DNA of 62,998 nt, filler included, from Collodictyon triciliatum (GCA_043381765.1; 7 parts of 7 records of this genome joined end to end with filler, not necessarily neighbours in it), one strand, 5' to 3'. Positions 1 to 13,800 are shown, numbered from the whole stretch's first letter. Notes: generated by a model from the sequence alone, not told the origin. Made by a program: numbers and translations.

Positions 1-95
1 TTTATTCTTTTATTCTTTTATTCTTTTATTCTTTTATTCTTTTATTCTTTTTTTTTTTGCCCGGTATACACATTCTGATTATTAGTTTCTGCTAG

Positions 96-3000
96 ATCCT
101 TGGGGTGCTCTTGGGTGTATATTGCTTGCTTTTTGTCGCGGCAATTGCTCGGTATGCTTATTCACTTCTTCACAAATGCTGCACCGCAAAAGACCAGTCG
201 TCATATAGTCAAGTATTTTCATACTCTTATTTTCTCATAATTTATAGGCATCAAACTTAGAATCATATCACACAAAAAATCGAAGTTCAAAGGCAATTTT
301 CCTTTATAGGTGGCGCTTCATCATTTGGGACCTCATGCATCCGTTCTTGTGATGGCTCTCCAAGTTGTGTATCCTTTTGGTGTTATACTAGCATATCATA
401 TCAGTTTGTATTTCCTTAAAGCTATCACAAATTCGTGTGTATGATGGATTTAAAGAAAGTGTCCAGCCCTGGGATACACAAAGTACAAATTGTGTATCTG
501 TCTTATTGATTTCATATTTAACTGCGCAGTCATCAAGCAAAACATGGAAAAAGTGATAGTCCAGCTTGCAGATAGCAATTCGGACATGATTGGTCCTATT
601 TTCTTGGTTGTTTTGGATGTTTGTAAACTATCAAACCTATCTTTTTTTTTTTTTACGAATGTTAGAGTTGTATTAACCTTTTTGATATTACGCCACATTT
701 CGATCGATTTGAATCATTTTGAGAATCGAAGAGATTAAAAATAAAAGGCAAGATAAGGAAATAATACCGATAACCCACTGATTCGAAGCAATCAAAGGCT
801 GCCGTGATTATCCCTCTTTGTATGGTCCCAAAAGTTGACTCTCTGAAGCAAGTATCGTTCTTTACTATTTTGAGCGCCTTTCTGATTGTTGTTGTCGTAT
901 TTGGCAAATGCATCGCCTCTGACGAATTCAAACAACTCAAATGGTCCGAAGTCGACCAGGTTTTTTTTTTTTTTGAGATTTTATAAAATATTCATCGAAA
1001 ACACAATCGTAGTTCGTATATAATAACAAATCTTACGCAATTAACCAGATTTTTTTAATTCAGTATCAATTCAACTCCGAGTTTTTTATTGCCCTGTCAA
1101 TTATCATATTCTCCTTCAATTGTAGCAGTCAGGTAACATCATATATATATTCAATTATTAGACATATGGTAATTCAAATCGTCGATGTAGTTCTTTACAC
1201 ACACACAGTGTGATTTAAAGTAATCACAGCTTAGAGCGTCGGCAAACACATCCGATTTGCGAATACTAATGTCCACGATAGTTTATATCTATCTATGCAG
1301 AGCTAGATAAGCCGACCTCCGATGCGACTGCAGAGAAGCTAGTCGTGTTTCCTATTGTATTCTCTTTGTGTAAGCCGTTTAAACACCTTAGCTCTGTGTA
1401 GAATGACTCTCAAGTGATTCGGTTATTCTGATCGTCTTCATTACATGATTTGTTCTTCTAGTCCTGTACTGCGTCATTGGAATGTTTGGCTACTTGCAGT
1501 TCCGAGGTTTTTGCACATTCCCAATGAAATTCATATAAATGTACCAGCATTTTCACAATGAATGCCGAATCTCTTCATGTTACAATTCCTTGCTATATGA
1601 ATTATGTAAAATAATGACTATATATTTCTTCCCTAGACGATGTTACAGACAATGTCCTTGCTGCATTTCCTGACGAAAAGGATGCATTAATACGTAAGAT
1701 AGATGAAGATAATCATCATCTTTGTATTTCTCTGGAAAAGGACTTTTTTCAAAACTTTTATTCTCAGAATTTTTAATCTAGAAAAGAAAAGAAAAAAGAA
1801 AACGGCAGAATTTTATTATTGATAAGCCCAATATACTGAACCCTTATGAAGTCCTGGCTAGAGTTGCATACAGCTTCATATTGGTCTTTTCGTGCCCAAT
1901 AATTTATCAACCTCTTCGTCAATCGATTGAGAAACTGATTGTACTTTTCAAACGGGGAAATCCTATTCAATATCTGCAGGTAGTTCTTTTCGTGGAAAAC
2001 AAAGGGGAAAATTGAAACAAGAAATAATGATAGTAATGATAATAATGAATATGATAATCACAATAAATATAATCATAATAAAATAAAAATAAATTTTTTT
2101 GCCACATTGAAGTGAAAAATAACGTGGTTGAGGTAGCTGCTTTTTAAAATCTGATTTGCATAATATATTTTATTGAGTAGTTTATTTTTCATGTTCCTTG
2201 ATATACTTTAGATTTTTCTTTCTTTTTTCTTCTAGTATATGATATTGAGCGTAAAGGAGAAGAATATGGAACAAAGAGCTTATGAAAATCCTTTGAATCT
2301 CACCACATCATTCGATGAAAAATTACTTGCAAGTTAGAAAACACAAGTTCGCTCTATTTTTTGTTCATGAAAATTAATAAATAAATGAGTAATGATTATC
2401 ATAGGAGACAGCCATCAATCATTCAAACTCAACACGTGTTATGGTTGATGTATCCTTTCGATTCAAACTGGTGGAAGCAATCGCTGTCATATCAGTGGCA
2501 TGTTTGGCATCCATCTTTGCCAAAAGTCTGCGACAGGTGATTTCGTTATTTATTTATTCATTCATTTATTCATTCTTCGAGCAGAATTTCTCTTCACCTT
2601 TTCGTTCCACGTGATTCTCCCATCTTCGTCTTCATTCTTAACTCCTTTTTTTTTTTTTTTCCTTTTTTTTTTGGGAAGGGGGGATTATTATGTTTTGTGT
2701 CATGAATTATTTTAGTTCAATCTGTTTTAATCAAAGCTGGCCACCGAAGCAGAACCAATGTGATTTCATTCCCTTTTACCCAACAAGATTAAAACGAAAG
2801 CTATATTTTCTCTGTCATTTCTCAGGTTTTTGCAATTATCGGAGCGCTCGGAGCATCCACACTGTGCTATACTCTCCCTGGTCTGATGTACCTGAGAACA
2901 ATGCCGCAGGTAGAATGATATTGCAATAACATACACTCTGCTGCATCAAACGAGAAGACTCACATGGATGCAAACAAACTCACATGACCGAGTAAAACAT

Positions 3001-3344
3001 GCTGCACCTTTCAAGCAGTATAAGCATCGATATGATCCTTTTGTTATTTTTGCTGTTTTCTTTTTTGAAAATAGAGTTTATCTAAATAGGCGATGTGGTA
3101 CCATAAACTGGCGCCTGCTTCGTTGGTGGTATTTGGTGTGGTTGCGTGTGTGTCCAGCATCCTCGTGTCCATCCTCCAGTTGACTGATTTGTCTGATGAC
3201 GACAAGTTCTTTGATGCTTAAAAAAAAAAAATGATACGCAAATCATAATAATAAAATAACAACTCAAATATACAGATAACCCTATGCTCTATTTGCTTCC
3301 TCATCCTCTTTTCTCTGCGTGCAGTCGAATCAACGCCATCTAGT
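96..3344 (+). CDS. Amino-acid transporter (Aa_trans / SLC38-AVT-like), multi-exon, 5' end missing
   Basis: Spliced exons give IIPLCMVPKVDSLKQVSF, IIIFSFNCSSQ, LYCVIGMFGYLQFR and VTDNVLAAFP, with many hydrophobic segments. Stop TAG at 3342-3344. Confidence 0.85.
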
Positions 3345-3367
3345 ACTAAACGGATGGAAAAGATATT

Positions 3368-6300
3368 TTAACCACACTGAAGACAATCAACCACGGCACA
3401 ATATCCTGCACTTCCTTCGGCGTTCCTTTTAATCTTGATTTCCTTTCCTTTTTCTTTTTTTCTTCTTGTGGCTTTTCGTTTGGCGATTCTTTCGAATGGC
3501 TGTGCCTTTGGTTTCCTTTGCGCCTGCTCGTCAACGACCTCGCCTCGGTTTACCACTCCATAGACGCAGCATTTTGCCAGTCAGAAAATCCTCGCAAGTC
3601 CGTGTCGGTAAATACCCTGAAAACAGGCTTTTGCTCTTGTGCTTGCGCTTGCAACTCCTTTTCCAGTCGCTCCTTGAGTCCTATTAAAGGATAGCGGGGT
3701 GGATTAGTAACGAGTGCAGAGGAACAAAGACGCACACGAAAATGTCCGGGCATATCCTGGATTTTCGGTGTTGGGTTTTGCATTATTCTGGCAGTGTGCT
3801 TCACAGCCATGTGTTATACCGGGCAATCTCGCGAAGCCGCCTTTAAGGACGATGTAGGGGTCTTTGCATCGGGCAGTTATGTCAAATGCCTTCCTGTAGA
3901 AGTTGCCGATAAAGTCGCACAGCCCCTCCCCAAGGTTCTTGCTGCCTCGGTTGAAAAGAATCTCTGGTGTTTCCAGAGCCTCAGAGTGAACTTGGATATA
4001 ATCTGGCGTGTTGGGTGACCCGAAAATTATTGGCAGCGGTTTCGTTTTTCTTTCTTCCTCTGGATCCAACATAACTTTGCAAAGCCTGGAATGAATAAAG
4101 TTAGTTTAACATTACATATTTATTGATTTACATGTCTACTGATTGATTGATTGATTGATTGGTTGGTTGGTTGGTTGGTTGGTTGGTTGGTTGTTTGTTT
4201 GTTTGTTTGTTTGTTTGTTTGTTTGTTTGTTTGTTTGTTTGTTTGTTTGTTTGTTTGCATCAGTCGTCTATAAAGTCGATTGAATTTTTGTGGTTGCCAT
4301 GTTCAAACTGTGATTTTTGTTTCTCCTCATCATTATTTATCAGACGAGAAAGAAAAAAAAAAGAGAAAGGAATGATAATTGAAATCAAACTTTTGTTTAA
4401 TCTCGTCGGCGACAAAATACAGTTTGGATTTCGATCCAACGAGCATATTCGAAGCCTGCAGGCTGTCCAGAAGAGCATTTGTGAGCTGTTCGGAACCAAA
4501 TTGGCGGATTTCAGTGTGAGGTACTCTTCCCTCGCCTACAAAACCAGAAATCTATACACAAAATTAAACATAATAATAATAATAAAATAAAATAAAATAA
4601 ATATAAAAATAATAAAAATTATGCTTACGATAAAAATAATAAAAATAATAGTTAAAAGATTCAACAAGGCGCACATCTTCATATGGAAAGAGGTAAGCAC
4701 CAGAAGGAAATGATAGAGCACATGACTGATAAACTCCACACTAAACATACTTCAAGTGTCTTTCCCATGGAAACAAGCATTCCAGTTTTTCCATAAAGCT
4801 TTTCAGGCATGAATTCGTCCTGACATTTGAAAATAACTTGAGCAACTTTCAATCGTCTTCGGTAAAATTGTTCTAAATAATCCTTCTTTTGGGTGTACAT
4901 CGAACGGCTGCAGACGACCACCAACTATGTTGTTTGTTGAAAGGAAAGAAAATCACACATTTGTGTATAGAGGCAGTCTCATGCCAATTAACTTACGTGG
5001 AAAAAAGAAAGCATCATGCATGTATTAAAGCAGAGTTCAAATTCAATTAATTTGAGTTTACTATTTTGTCTGTTGGATCAATCTTGATGATTCTTTGAAA
5101 CATATGAGAGAAATACTCTTCCATGAGGTCATTGTCCAATGAACTGCCACCCAATTCCACGATGTACTTGTGTGAGTGCCCGAATTGAAGAACCTAGAAC
5201 ATGAATGCATGTTACTGACAATAAACAAGCATACAAACAGTGTATTCTTTTCTTTTCATTTTACATTTAAATATGAGATTCTATTAGTATAATTTCCATA
5301 TGAGACTGTTTATGCAGCGAAGGATTGCAATTATTTGAATGATAACGATAATCTTAAAAATGGAGAAAACAACGAGTGTTGCCAATAAGATTACATTTTT
5401 TAGGGCATCAAATCCGTATGCTTTGAGTCCACCTCCGAGATTGTCATTGGAGATAATAGCTGGAATAACAAAGGGATATTTGTGAATACCTCGAATTCCA
5501 CAACGGATGTTGATGTACCCCTGATCAAGGACAATGATACTATCCTCTCTACTATGAATAGTATGAGGTTGATGTTTAGACATTACATCAGGGTGAACAG
5601 GTGACAGGAAGTACAGTGCCCGCTTGTGAAAATATTAAACTTGTGTTACGATGTGGTTGCGTTAACCATTTATTCTGAACTTATGTAGGTTAGATGGAAA
5701 CAAACTTGGAATTTAGTAGGCGAGGAATACGGACTGCATCGCTGCTAAACTTTGAATTTGGGGTAATCATCTCATTAGAGAAAGGAATCTGTTAGGGAAC
5801 TGAAATTAGACTAAATAGAATATATTCATAGAATAGTGGCTGTCGAGTAGAACGTGCAGGACGCCAAAAAGTGACTCAGAACAAATAGAACATCTCCCAG
5901 AAATTGACGAGGAAAAAAATATGACCAAGGGATGTGTTGATATGATACTGAACAGTGACCTTTTTTGGCATGAATGCCTCCGGCAAAAGTTCAAAGGAAG
6001 TTGATCTCAAATCTGTCGGTATAATTCATTGAATGAATGAATGCAATTTCGTGTTACCGGAGAAAATAATCATCACCTCTCCAGCTGGGGGAGTTCAATG
6101 CATATGATTTTCAGTGAGTTCAACATTATAGAAACAAAAACAAAAAAGCTATACAATTGTCTAATTCGGCGCTGATTCCAACAAAACCCGAAGTTAATCG
6201 AGTGAGATGAACGGCTTGGATAGCACCCTGGATTTTTCGGACCCAGCTTTCAAAGCTGGCTTTGTCATAGGCCATTAACTGATAAACCTGAATAATCACC

Positions 6301-9300
6301 ATGGTAAATGGAAGCCTTATCAAAATACCATGAGAAAATAAAAGAAATAGGAGACTCTTTTGAAAACGAAAAAGAAAAAAGGGAGATACATCCGTTGAGA
6401 AATCTTTTCGTTTCGAATTACCTTTTTATTGGAGTTGATTGTGAATTGGAGTGACTCATTGGAATCTTCACCTTGAAATATTCCGCATAGGGAAACTCTT
6501 TCGTTGCATATTTGATTCATGTTCTGTGATGCGAAATAAGTACAATTCTTTTTCCTCAAGGAGATTGCCACCACAAAGAGGGAATGTAGAGTATTTTACA
6601 CAACATACTTTTAAGCTTAGTGGCGAAGAAAAACTAACTGTGTGATTATTGAAGAATCGGATAAAGTCCTTGCTCAATGTAACCCAATACGGTTTATCTT
6701 TACTCAATCCAGAGCGAGAATTTTTTGATATCAAATATCCTTCGTGCAAGACTTCTTGTTGAATCGATGGCTGCGTAGATTTTGTTTGAGTGGTAGAAAA
6801 GATTGATGAGTAACTTTCAAATGAGAAAATTTTATGATGAATCAAAATCTAGGATAGATAATGACCAGTGGTGTCTTGCAATCATAGTTTTATTTTTTCC
6901 GTTTGTCTTCAATCATGATCATATTGAACTCAACACCTGAAAAGAATTTTTTTTTCTAGAATGAATAGAGTAGTTACCTTTTTCTTGTGAGATTCTAATT
7001 CCCAAGCAAAGTCTTCCGCACATGTTTCAGAATCGAATGAGTAGGATATTGCCTTTCGGTTGTAAATAAAGGACACCCTGGTGCCTGAGGCAGATGAATT
7101 GGTAATTTTTCGAATGTCAAAGATGAGAAGAGGAGTTGCATTTGAATTATCCTAATGTTTTATTGCAGTAAAAAAAAAAAATCAATAATCAATGAGTGCT
7201 GATTTTCCAATAAATTTTAATTTTTTTGCGAGACTGGACGACATATATAGTAGTATATTATAGAACAGAGAAATGGAAATAGATGATAATATATCGCTAA
7301 ATTGAACAACCGTTTCCTTGAAAACCAAGATTTGGGCTTCTTGCATTATAATCGTGTAAACAATCGAAACTATGTATGAATCGGACTTGACTCTCCATTT
7401 TAACTTTTCCATAGAGTCCTTTACAACACATAATCGTGGAAAATTATTCATCGCCATTCTATCTTATTCAATAAGCACAAGAAAAAAATAGGGCTTGGTA
7501 GTTATAAATTATTCAAAAGATGGAGCACTATATTACACCGTGGTTATGGGTTATATGACCATACCACGGATTTAGAACTGGCATTTTTGATGACTTCGGT
7601 CCAGTAATCAATATCCTCCTTGATTCCTCCAATGGAAATAATCAACTTATCCCTTTTGTAAACGACTGCTGAGAAGAATCCTGAAATACTGTTCTCAATT
7701 TTCAAATCTGCACCTCGAATATCGATAACGTGGGCACTTGTCTGAGAATAGTATTAAAATATGTTGAGATGATTAAAATAAGACAGCTTTGTTGAAGTGA
7801 TAGTCGATTAAACGTGAATTCAAGTACCCAATCTTGTGATATATAGATGGATAAGATTCAAAATGAATCCAATTGAACAGATGAAAGTGACATATAAATC
7901 GAAGGTGTGAAATATTGCGTTTTACAGAATCTTTACATAGGAAGAATATGTGATGACAAAACCTCGTTGTTGTAAATGCTCAGAAAAGCACCAGCCAGGA
8001 CACACCAATTCCATGTATAAAGCTTCTGTGAGGGCAATCTTGTCAAGACAAATGCTTGCCGGCGCTCAGATGTGTTTGGAATTTTCTTTAGTGAGTTTCC
8101 ACACAGTTTTTTTTTTTCATTTTGGTTGGAGAAGGTTCGCGTCGTAGGAAAGTATATATAAAAATTTGTTAACTAAAGTTCTCATGTACGAAATATCTAA
8201 AATTTTGGATGTTGTTTAATACATGAATTCGTATTAGTGATGCTGGTGTATGAAACATGTATTTAATGGCTTACTAGACAAGAGTAGAGAATATTACGAG
8301 AGAAAAAACAAAGGTTGTTCATTTCTTCGATCGCCAATTTGATGGCTGTGCTATCCTCCACAACCAAGTCAATAATAATTGAAGGGTAAAATAACTTAAC
8401 CAACAAGCCACCGTTTACATGTGAAGGTTCAGAAAACATTACTCGGGCAGAGTCAAAATATTTTGGTAGTTTGGAAATGTCGGTAGTTTTTTCACCCTTC
8501 AGATTTTAAAAAATAATAATAGGAAATTAATTAAAAATAAGACTTTATGGTCACAGTCGGTTAATTGTTGGTATTGTTCAATAGAGCAATTACCGAAGCT
8601 GTATAATCCATGTGGATTCCCCAACTCGAGGCCTGTAATTTACAGTCTACTTTTTGCATATTTATGCTGATAATGCGGCAAGAAACTAGACTTTGCTGTG
8701 GATTCAGGCTACTAACTCTATCGTTGGGTTGGGGAACTACAGATGAAATAAGATATGAGAAACCTTCAAAGAGATGTATTCAAAACTTACTGTCGCAACA
8801 AATCAAAAGGAAGCATACCTTCGTAGTTTAGTTTAAAAAACTCGGTTCTATTGGAACTACTTGGATTTTGAGAGGCGTTTGTCTCGGTAGCTGGTCGAAC
8901 AAGACTCGTGGTGGAAGCAGATTGAGAAATAATTGACGTCGACCGTAATCTCTGGAGCAGAACGAATAATTAGCAAGTTTTATGTTTGATGAAATTTTAA
9001 CATTTCTTTAAATAAATAAACGGGTTATCCACCTCTGCAGAAGGCTTAGCAAGAGCATCTCCCAACTGCGCATTGCGCTCTTGTAATTCGTTTATTTGTT
9101 TCAGCAAGGTACTAATTTTTCCCTCCATTTCTTCTTTACACTTCTCTAATTTGCCGGGTTCAACAAGCTGCGATTTGAGGGTACGATTTTCGTTCGAGAT
9201 GCTATCAATTTTTGCTTTCAGCTGCTCGATCTCTTGTCTCAGTGCTGGTGATTCTTCCTGAGCTTTTGCTACATCGGCAGTATTAGCAGCCGGCATGTTA

Positions 9301-9382
9301 GCTGTCGCAGTAATGGCATGGTTGACTGCATGTGTGGGGCCTGGGTCTCGTCCAGTACTCAGTCTCTGGCGGATTCTCCATT
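3368..9382 (-). CDS. Coiled-coil + about three PH-like domains + C-terminal divergent actin-fold domain, 5' end missing
   Basis: Actin-like exons: IIVLDQGYINIRCG...FVIPAII, TGMLVSMG, GEGRVPH..FGSEQLT, DEIKQKLC, ETPEILF, IVLKGGFARLPG, LKERLEKEL. PH-like exons: HEGYLISKN..YWVTL, FESWVRKI, WNWCVLAGAFLSIY, IDYWTEVI. Coiled-coil exon at about 9030-9382. The PH-to-actin splice is inferred. Confidence 0.7.
4140..4257. repeat. Compound tetranucleotide microsatellite (GATT, then GGTT, then GTTT), intronic
   Basis: Direct reading of the sequence. Confidence 0.95.
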
Positions 9383-9467
9383 CTGGATAAGACCCATTTC
9401 AGTACATATTTTTAAGGAGGATTAGGAATACATTTCCTTACATTTTTAACATTTAACTTTTTAACTT

Positions 9468-9580
9468 TTATACATCTTTTATACATCTTTTATACATCTT
9501 TTATACATCTTTTATACATCTTTTATACATCTTTTATACATCTTTTATACATCTTTTATACATCTTTTATACATCGTTTA
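9468..9580. repeat. (ATACATCTTTT)n minisatellite
   Basis: 11-nt tandem unit near the scaffold end. Confidence 0.95.
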
Positions 9581-9649
9581 TAACAAGTCATTGTGGCGAT
9601 ATTTTAAATACTCAATGATCTATCAACTGAGAAGACTTTGACCTATATC

Positions 9650-9749
9650 NNNNNNNNNNNNNNNNNNNNNNNNNNNNNNNNNNNNNNNNNNNNTTAATTA
9701 ATTAANNNNNNNNNNNNNNNNNNNNNNNNNNNNNNNNNNNNNNNNNNNN
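9650..9749. other. Artificial scaffold linker; identical linkers at 19398-19497, 29136-29235, 38872-38971, 48600-48699 and 58327-58426
   Basis: 44 N + TTAATTAATTAA (stops in all six frames) + 44 N. Segment lengths are 9649, 9648, 9638, 9636, 9628 and 9627. Confidence 0.98.
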
Positions 9750-10033
9750 ATTCTTTTATTCTTTTATTCTTTTATTCTTTTATTCTTTTATTCTTTTATT
9801 CTTTTATTCTTTTATTCTTTTATTCTTTTATTCTTTTATTCTTTTATTCTTTTGTTCTTTTATTCTTTTATTCTTTTATTCTTTTATTCTTTTATTCTTT
9901 TATTCTTTTATTCTTTCATTCTTTCATTCTTTCATTCTTTCATTCTTTCATTCCTTCATTCTTTCATTCTTTCATTCTTTCATTCTTTCATTCTTTCATT
10001 CTTTCATTCTTTCATTCTTTCATTCTTTCATTC
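9750..10033. repeat. (TTTTATTC)n grading into (TTTCATTC)n
   Basis: 8-nt tandem units. The first unit also occurs at 1-49. Confidence 0.95.
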
Positions 10034-10850
10034 TCTTTTATCGTCGATCGCAACACAAAAAATAAGCAGCAAAACTCCAGGGGAAAGAGCACCCACCACG
10101 GATATTGTCATGCTCGATCATACTCTGAAAGGTTGCCGGACCGGCCTCCTTCTTCTCCAGCGGCTCGTCCGTCCCAAGGATCGCTTTGCAGCGGAGGCAA
10201 ATCATTGCCAAACACCAAAGTGAAAGCTATCGGGAATAAATATTAATAAAAAAAAAAAAAAGTGGATCCTTGGCGCGGAAGAGTTGGGAGTGGTTGTCGG
10301 ACTTTGCTTCTAGATCGCGAGTCCAAAGACAATAGAGCTAATCATCTCGGAAACCTTGTTTCGTCACACCTTCAAACATTCTATGTGAATGCATATATAA
10401 ATTTGTATTTTTTAATGTATTAATTGATACACAATAAGTAATTAGATGCACAATTTAGTATTTTAATATACAAATGTGTAATTTCCATAAATATACATAT
10501 TCATTGAAGACCACATGGAGGCTTCTTTTTTCCACACGAAAACCACCGCTCTGCGTTGCTTGGGCGCGATCTGGCCGTGGTTGTCGAACAGGCGATGCGG
10601 AGAAGAAGCGCCAGCAAAGGAGCCACAGAGCCAACCAGTGGGATGGGCTGCGCATACTCGTTTGGTTGCTTGCTTGTCAACTCGATTTTGTGATGTTTTT
10701 CTAATCTTATTTTGTTTTTCTTTTGTTTTTCTTTTGTTTTTCTTTTGTTTTTCTTTTGTTTTTCTTTTGTTTTTCTTTGCAGCTGTCTCATTTGCGCACA
10801 CAGACTTGACTTTTTCACTTGCTCAACACAGCAGGCAAAAGTCCTCCAAG

Positions 10851-13800
10851 ATGAACTCTACAGTAACTGTGGTTGGGGATGGTACCTTTCCTTCTTGTCG
10901 TTTCTTGGGTTTTCACTCATTTGCTCATTCATTTATTATGAAAATAATTGCTTGTGTTATCTGCTTGCAAAGTGTATCAGGCTTGCAGAAGTGTGGCCAC
11001 TTGAAGAGTTTTTTTTTTTAACCCTTGCCTTGCAGCTGGCGTGGGAAAGTCGAGTCTTATTTTCCGTCTCTATAACAACAGCGTTCCAGAGAAGGTACTC
11101 ACTCTAGACTTTTTCTGAAGAAACCCACGTTAATCAAATCAGTACAAAACAGCTACAAACTCCCCTTTCCTCTTTCACAGCTTCCCTCTGTTCTGCCAGT
11201 CGTGAACTTCCCTGCATCAATCGTTCGCATCCCACACTTGAATCTTTTCCTCCAGGACACAAACAGTAAGTTTCCGTATGGGTGGATTAATGAAAAGAAA
11301 AAGTCCGCTTTCGATGGTTTAGAGTCTTATTCGGCCTCATAAAGTCCTCACCGTTTCATTAAATGAGGCAGACCGCAGACACCCATGGAATATATGCTAA
11401 ACGACTCGCCTCTCTGCGACACTTTGCAGGTGCTGATGAAGCCGCCACTCTCGAGTCCATTCAGTCCAGCAGTTTGGTTGTTGTGGTATACAGTCTCCAG
11501 AATCAAGCATCTCTTGACCGCGCTCTGAATTACTGGATTCCTGAAGCCTCGAAGCAGAATGTAAACTATCGTTTCTTTGACTTACCTTTTTATCCTGAGC
11601 ACCGACTTGCGTACCAACAAACCCATTCGATACGTTACATGTAAACACCGCCAAATGCAGAAAGAAGTTATTCTTGTGGGGACCCAAAGTGATGCCCGCT
11701 CGGTTGACCTCCTCCGCGGTTCAGAATGCATTCACAAATTGATGCAAACCAACAAGGTCAATTATAGATTATAACGTATAACAATACTTGTAGCGATGAC
11801 CAATATATATCCACTGAATCAGTCCGCTTTGATTATGCACATAGCTGGTGTACTCGATAAAACCAATCATTAAAATAGGAAAATATATGTTTTACAGAGT
11901 GTCCTCTACTATGCTGAAACTACCATAAAGAGTTCAAGCTCTTTACAAAACTTTTTTGCGAGAGTAGTTCTGTCTGTCGCTTATCCAATCCGGAATCTTG
12001 TGAACACCATCACAATGGTATTTTGTTTCTCTCTTCACCGACCCACGCCAACCTTTGCTTATTCTTCTTTTTATCTTTTTTATCTTTTTATCTTTTTATC
12101 TTTTTATCTTTTTATCTTTTTTTTTATCTTTTATCTTTTATCTTTTTTTTATCTTTTATCTTTTTTTTTGGACGTAGGAACCGACACCCCTGTTCCGAGC
12201 CTCACTTAGAGCCATTTTCTCAAAGCTGGACAGCGACAAGGATGGCCATATCTCTGATGACGAATTTAATCATATCCAGGTGCGTCGCAAAAGCCATGAA
12301 GAGGTTGTTTTTTTTTTTTTTCTCATCTAATATGATCGATTGATACAACAGGACCTTTGCTTTGGTCAGAAACTCACAGAGTCTGAAATGGAGCAGCTAA
12401 AGTCCAGTATTAGTTCAGATGATCCTGAATATGTATCGAATGCTGGCATTTCATTCAAAGGATTCATGAAAATTTTCATGGAAATGATCAATCGCGATCA
12501 GTGCTCTATTGTTTATGTTGCTTTGGTCAAGTTTGGATTCAATATCAATCTGGAAGTGCGAGAGTCTAGTCTAAAAATGTATCATTTGCATTTGAATTAT
12601 TGTAATGATTTTTCTCATACAGGATGTGTATTAACTTTTATAGATTCGCTTCTTCGGCCATTTTTTAAAAAAAATTTTTGTCATTTGTAATTTGAAAATT
12701 ATGGGATATCTTTATCTGCGCCATGTCCTAAATTTGCTGAACTTGTGGTAGTCCCAAGAAGGCTGCTGATGAAAAGTATGAGCTGAACATTAAAGGAGTC
12801 GAATATCTTTCAAATATATTCAACATAATTGGATCAGGGGATCCATGGATTGCTAGCTCTAGCTCTAGAGGTCTTTATTCAAAAAACCTTTGAAGAGAAT
12901 TATCATTGTACAGCTATGAGTCGGTGCATACATCCCAATTCACATACACATGACTTCTTTGACTAAGACAATCTCAAACATACCAGATATCAAGAAACTC
13001 TTCACCGATATCGAATTCGTGATGCCGTGGCCCAGTGATTTCCTCCAAATTGTGCCAAACACAAAGGATCGCATCACATTTCCGAGTTGGCTACTGCTAT
13101 GGAAATGGGCAATACACGAAGATTTCACTAAGGCCATGACAGCTCTTTTCTACCTCGGTGCTACTCATCCAGGAGACTTTATCGGCCATTCAAAGTAGGG
13201 TTCATAATTTTCTACTTGTTAACTTGATATCCACATGGATTCACCGACCACACGTGAATTCAAAAGGAAAATCGCACGAAATTGTGACTTATATATTACT
13301 TTGCTTCTAGGTCCTCGCGTGTTGAAAAAATGATGGGGCATGTTGAAAGAGATTTGATTGTAGGTTATATATTTGGCGCATCAGGCTCTGGAAAAACATC
13401 TTTGTTAAATACACTTCAAGGGAAGCCATTCATTCAAATCCCAGCGAAAGGACGAAACAGATCAGCCATTAACGAAATCATACCCTATAAATCAAAAGAT
13501 TTTCGCTCTCTCCTTGTAAGTATCTTCTCCAAATGTATGGGGATAAATAAATAAATAAAAGTGAAATCGTTTCGTGAGCCTTAATAATATATAAATATAT
13601 CATCGCTCAACTCTCATGTTATTTGGTTTCCCCTGGTTATTATTATTTTATTGATGTTCTTTTTACATATCGCTTTTAGTTGAAAGAATATTTACTCGAG
13701 GAAGCTGAAAGTGTCCTATCTGTGCCTAGAGTGGATGCAGATTTTGTTTTTGTTCTCTACGATGGGACAAAAAACGATACATTCGAGGAAGGTGTTTTTT

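Noticed and set aside
7040-7050. Second ATATCCTAC U12 donor on the minus strand; also the GTATCA (12579) and GTATCG (41459) donors as U12-type
   Set aside because: The first lies inside an open PH-like exon. The other two lack the ATCCT core.
9694-9705. Recurrent TTAATTAATTAA palindrome at ~9.7 kb spacing as a biological motif
   Set aside because: It is always embedded in fixed-length N runs, so it is an assembly linker.
10097-10680. GC-rich patches upstream of Miro as a divergent gene (MICLRCKAILGTDEPLEKK...) or an ncRNA
   Set aside because: A first exon is plausible, but there is no recognisable motif, the scaffold ends, and it does not match snRNA or tRNA patterns I know.
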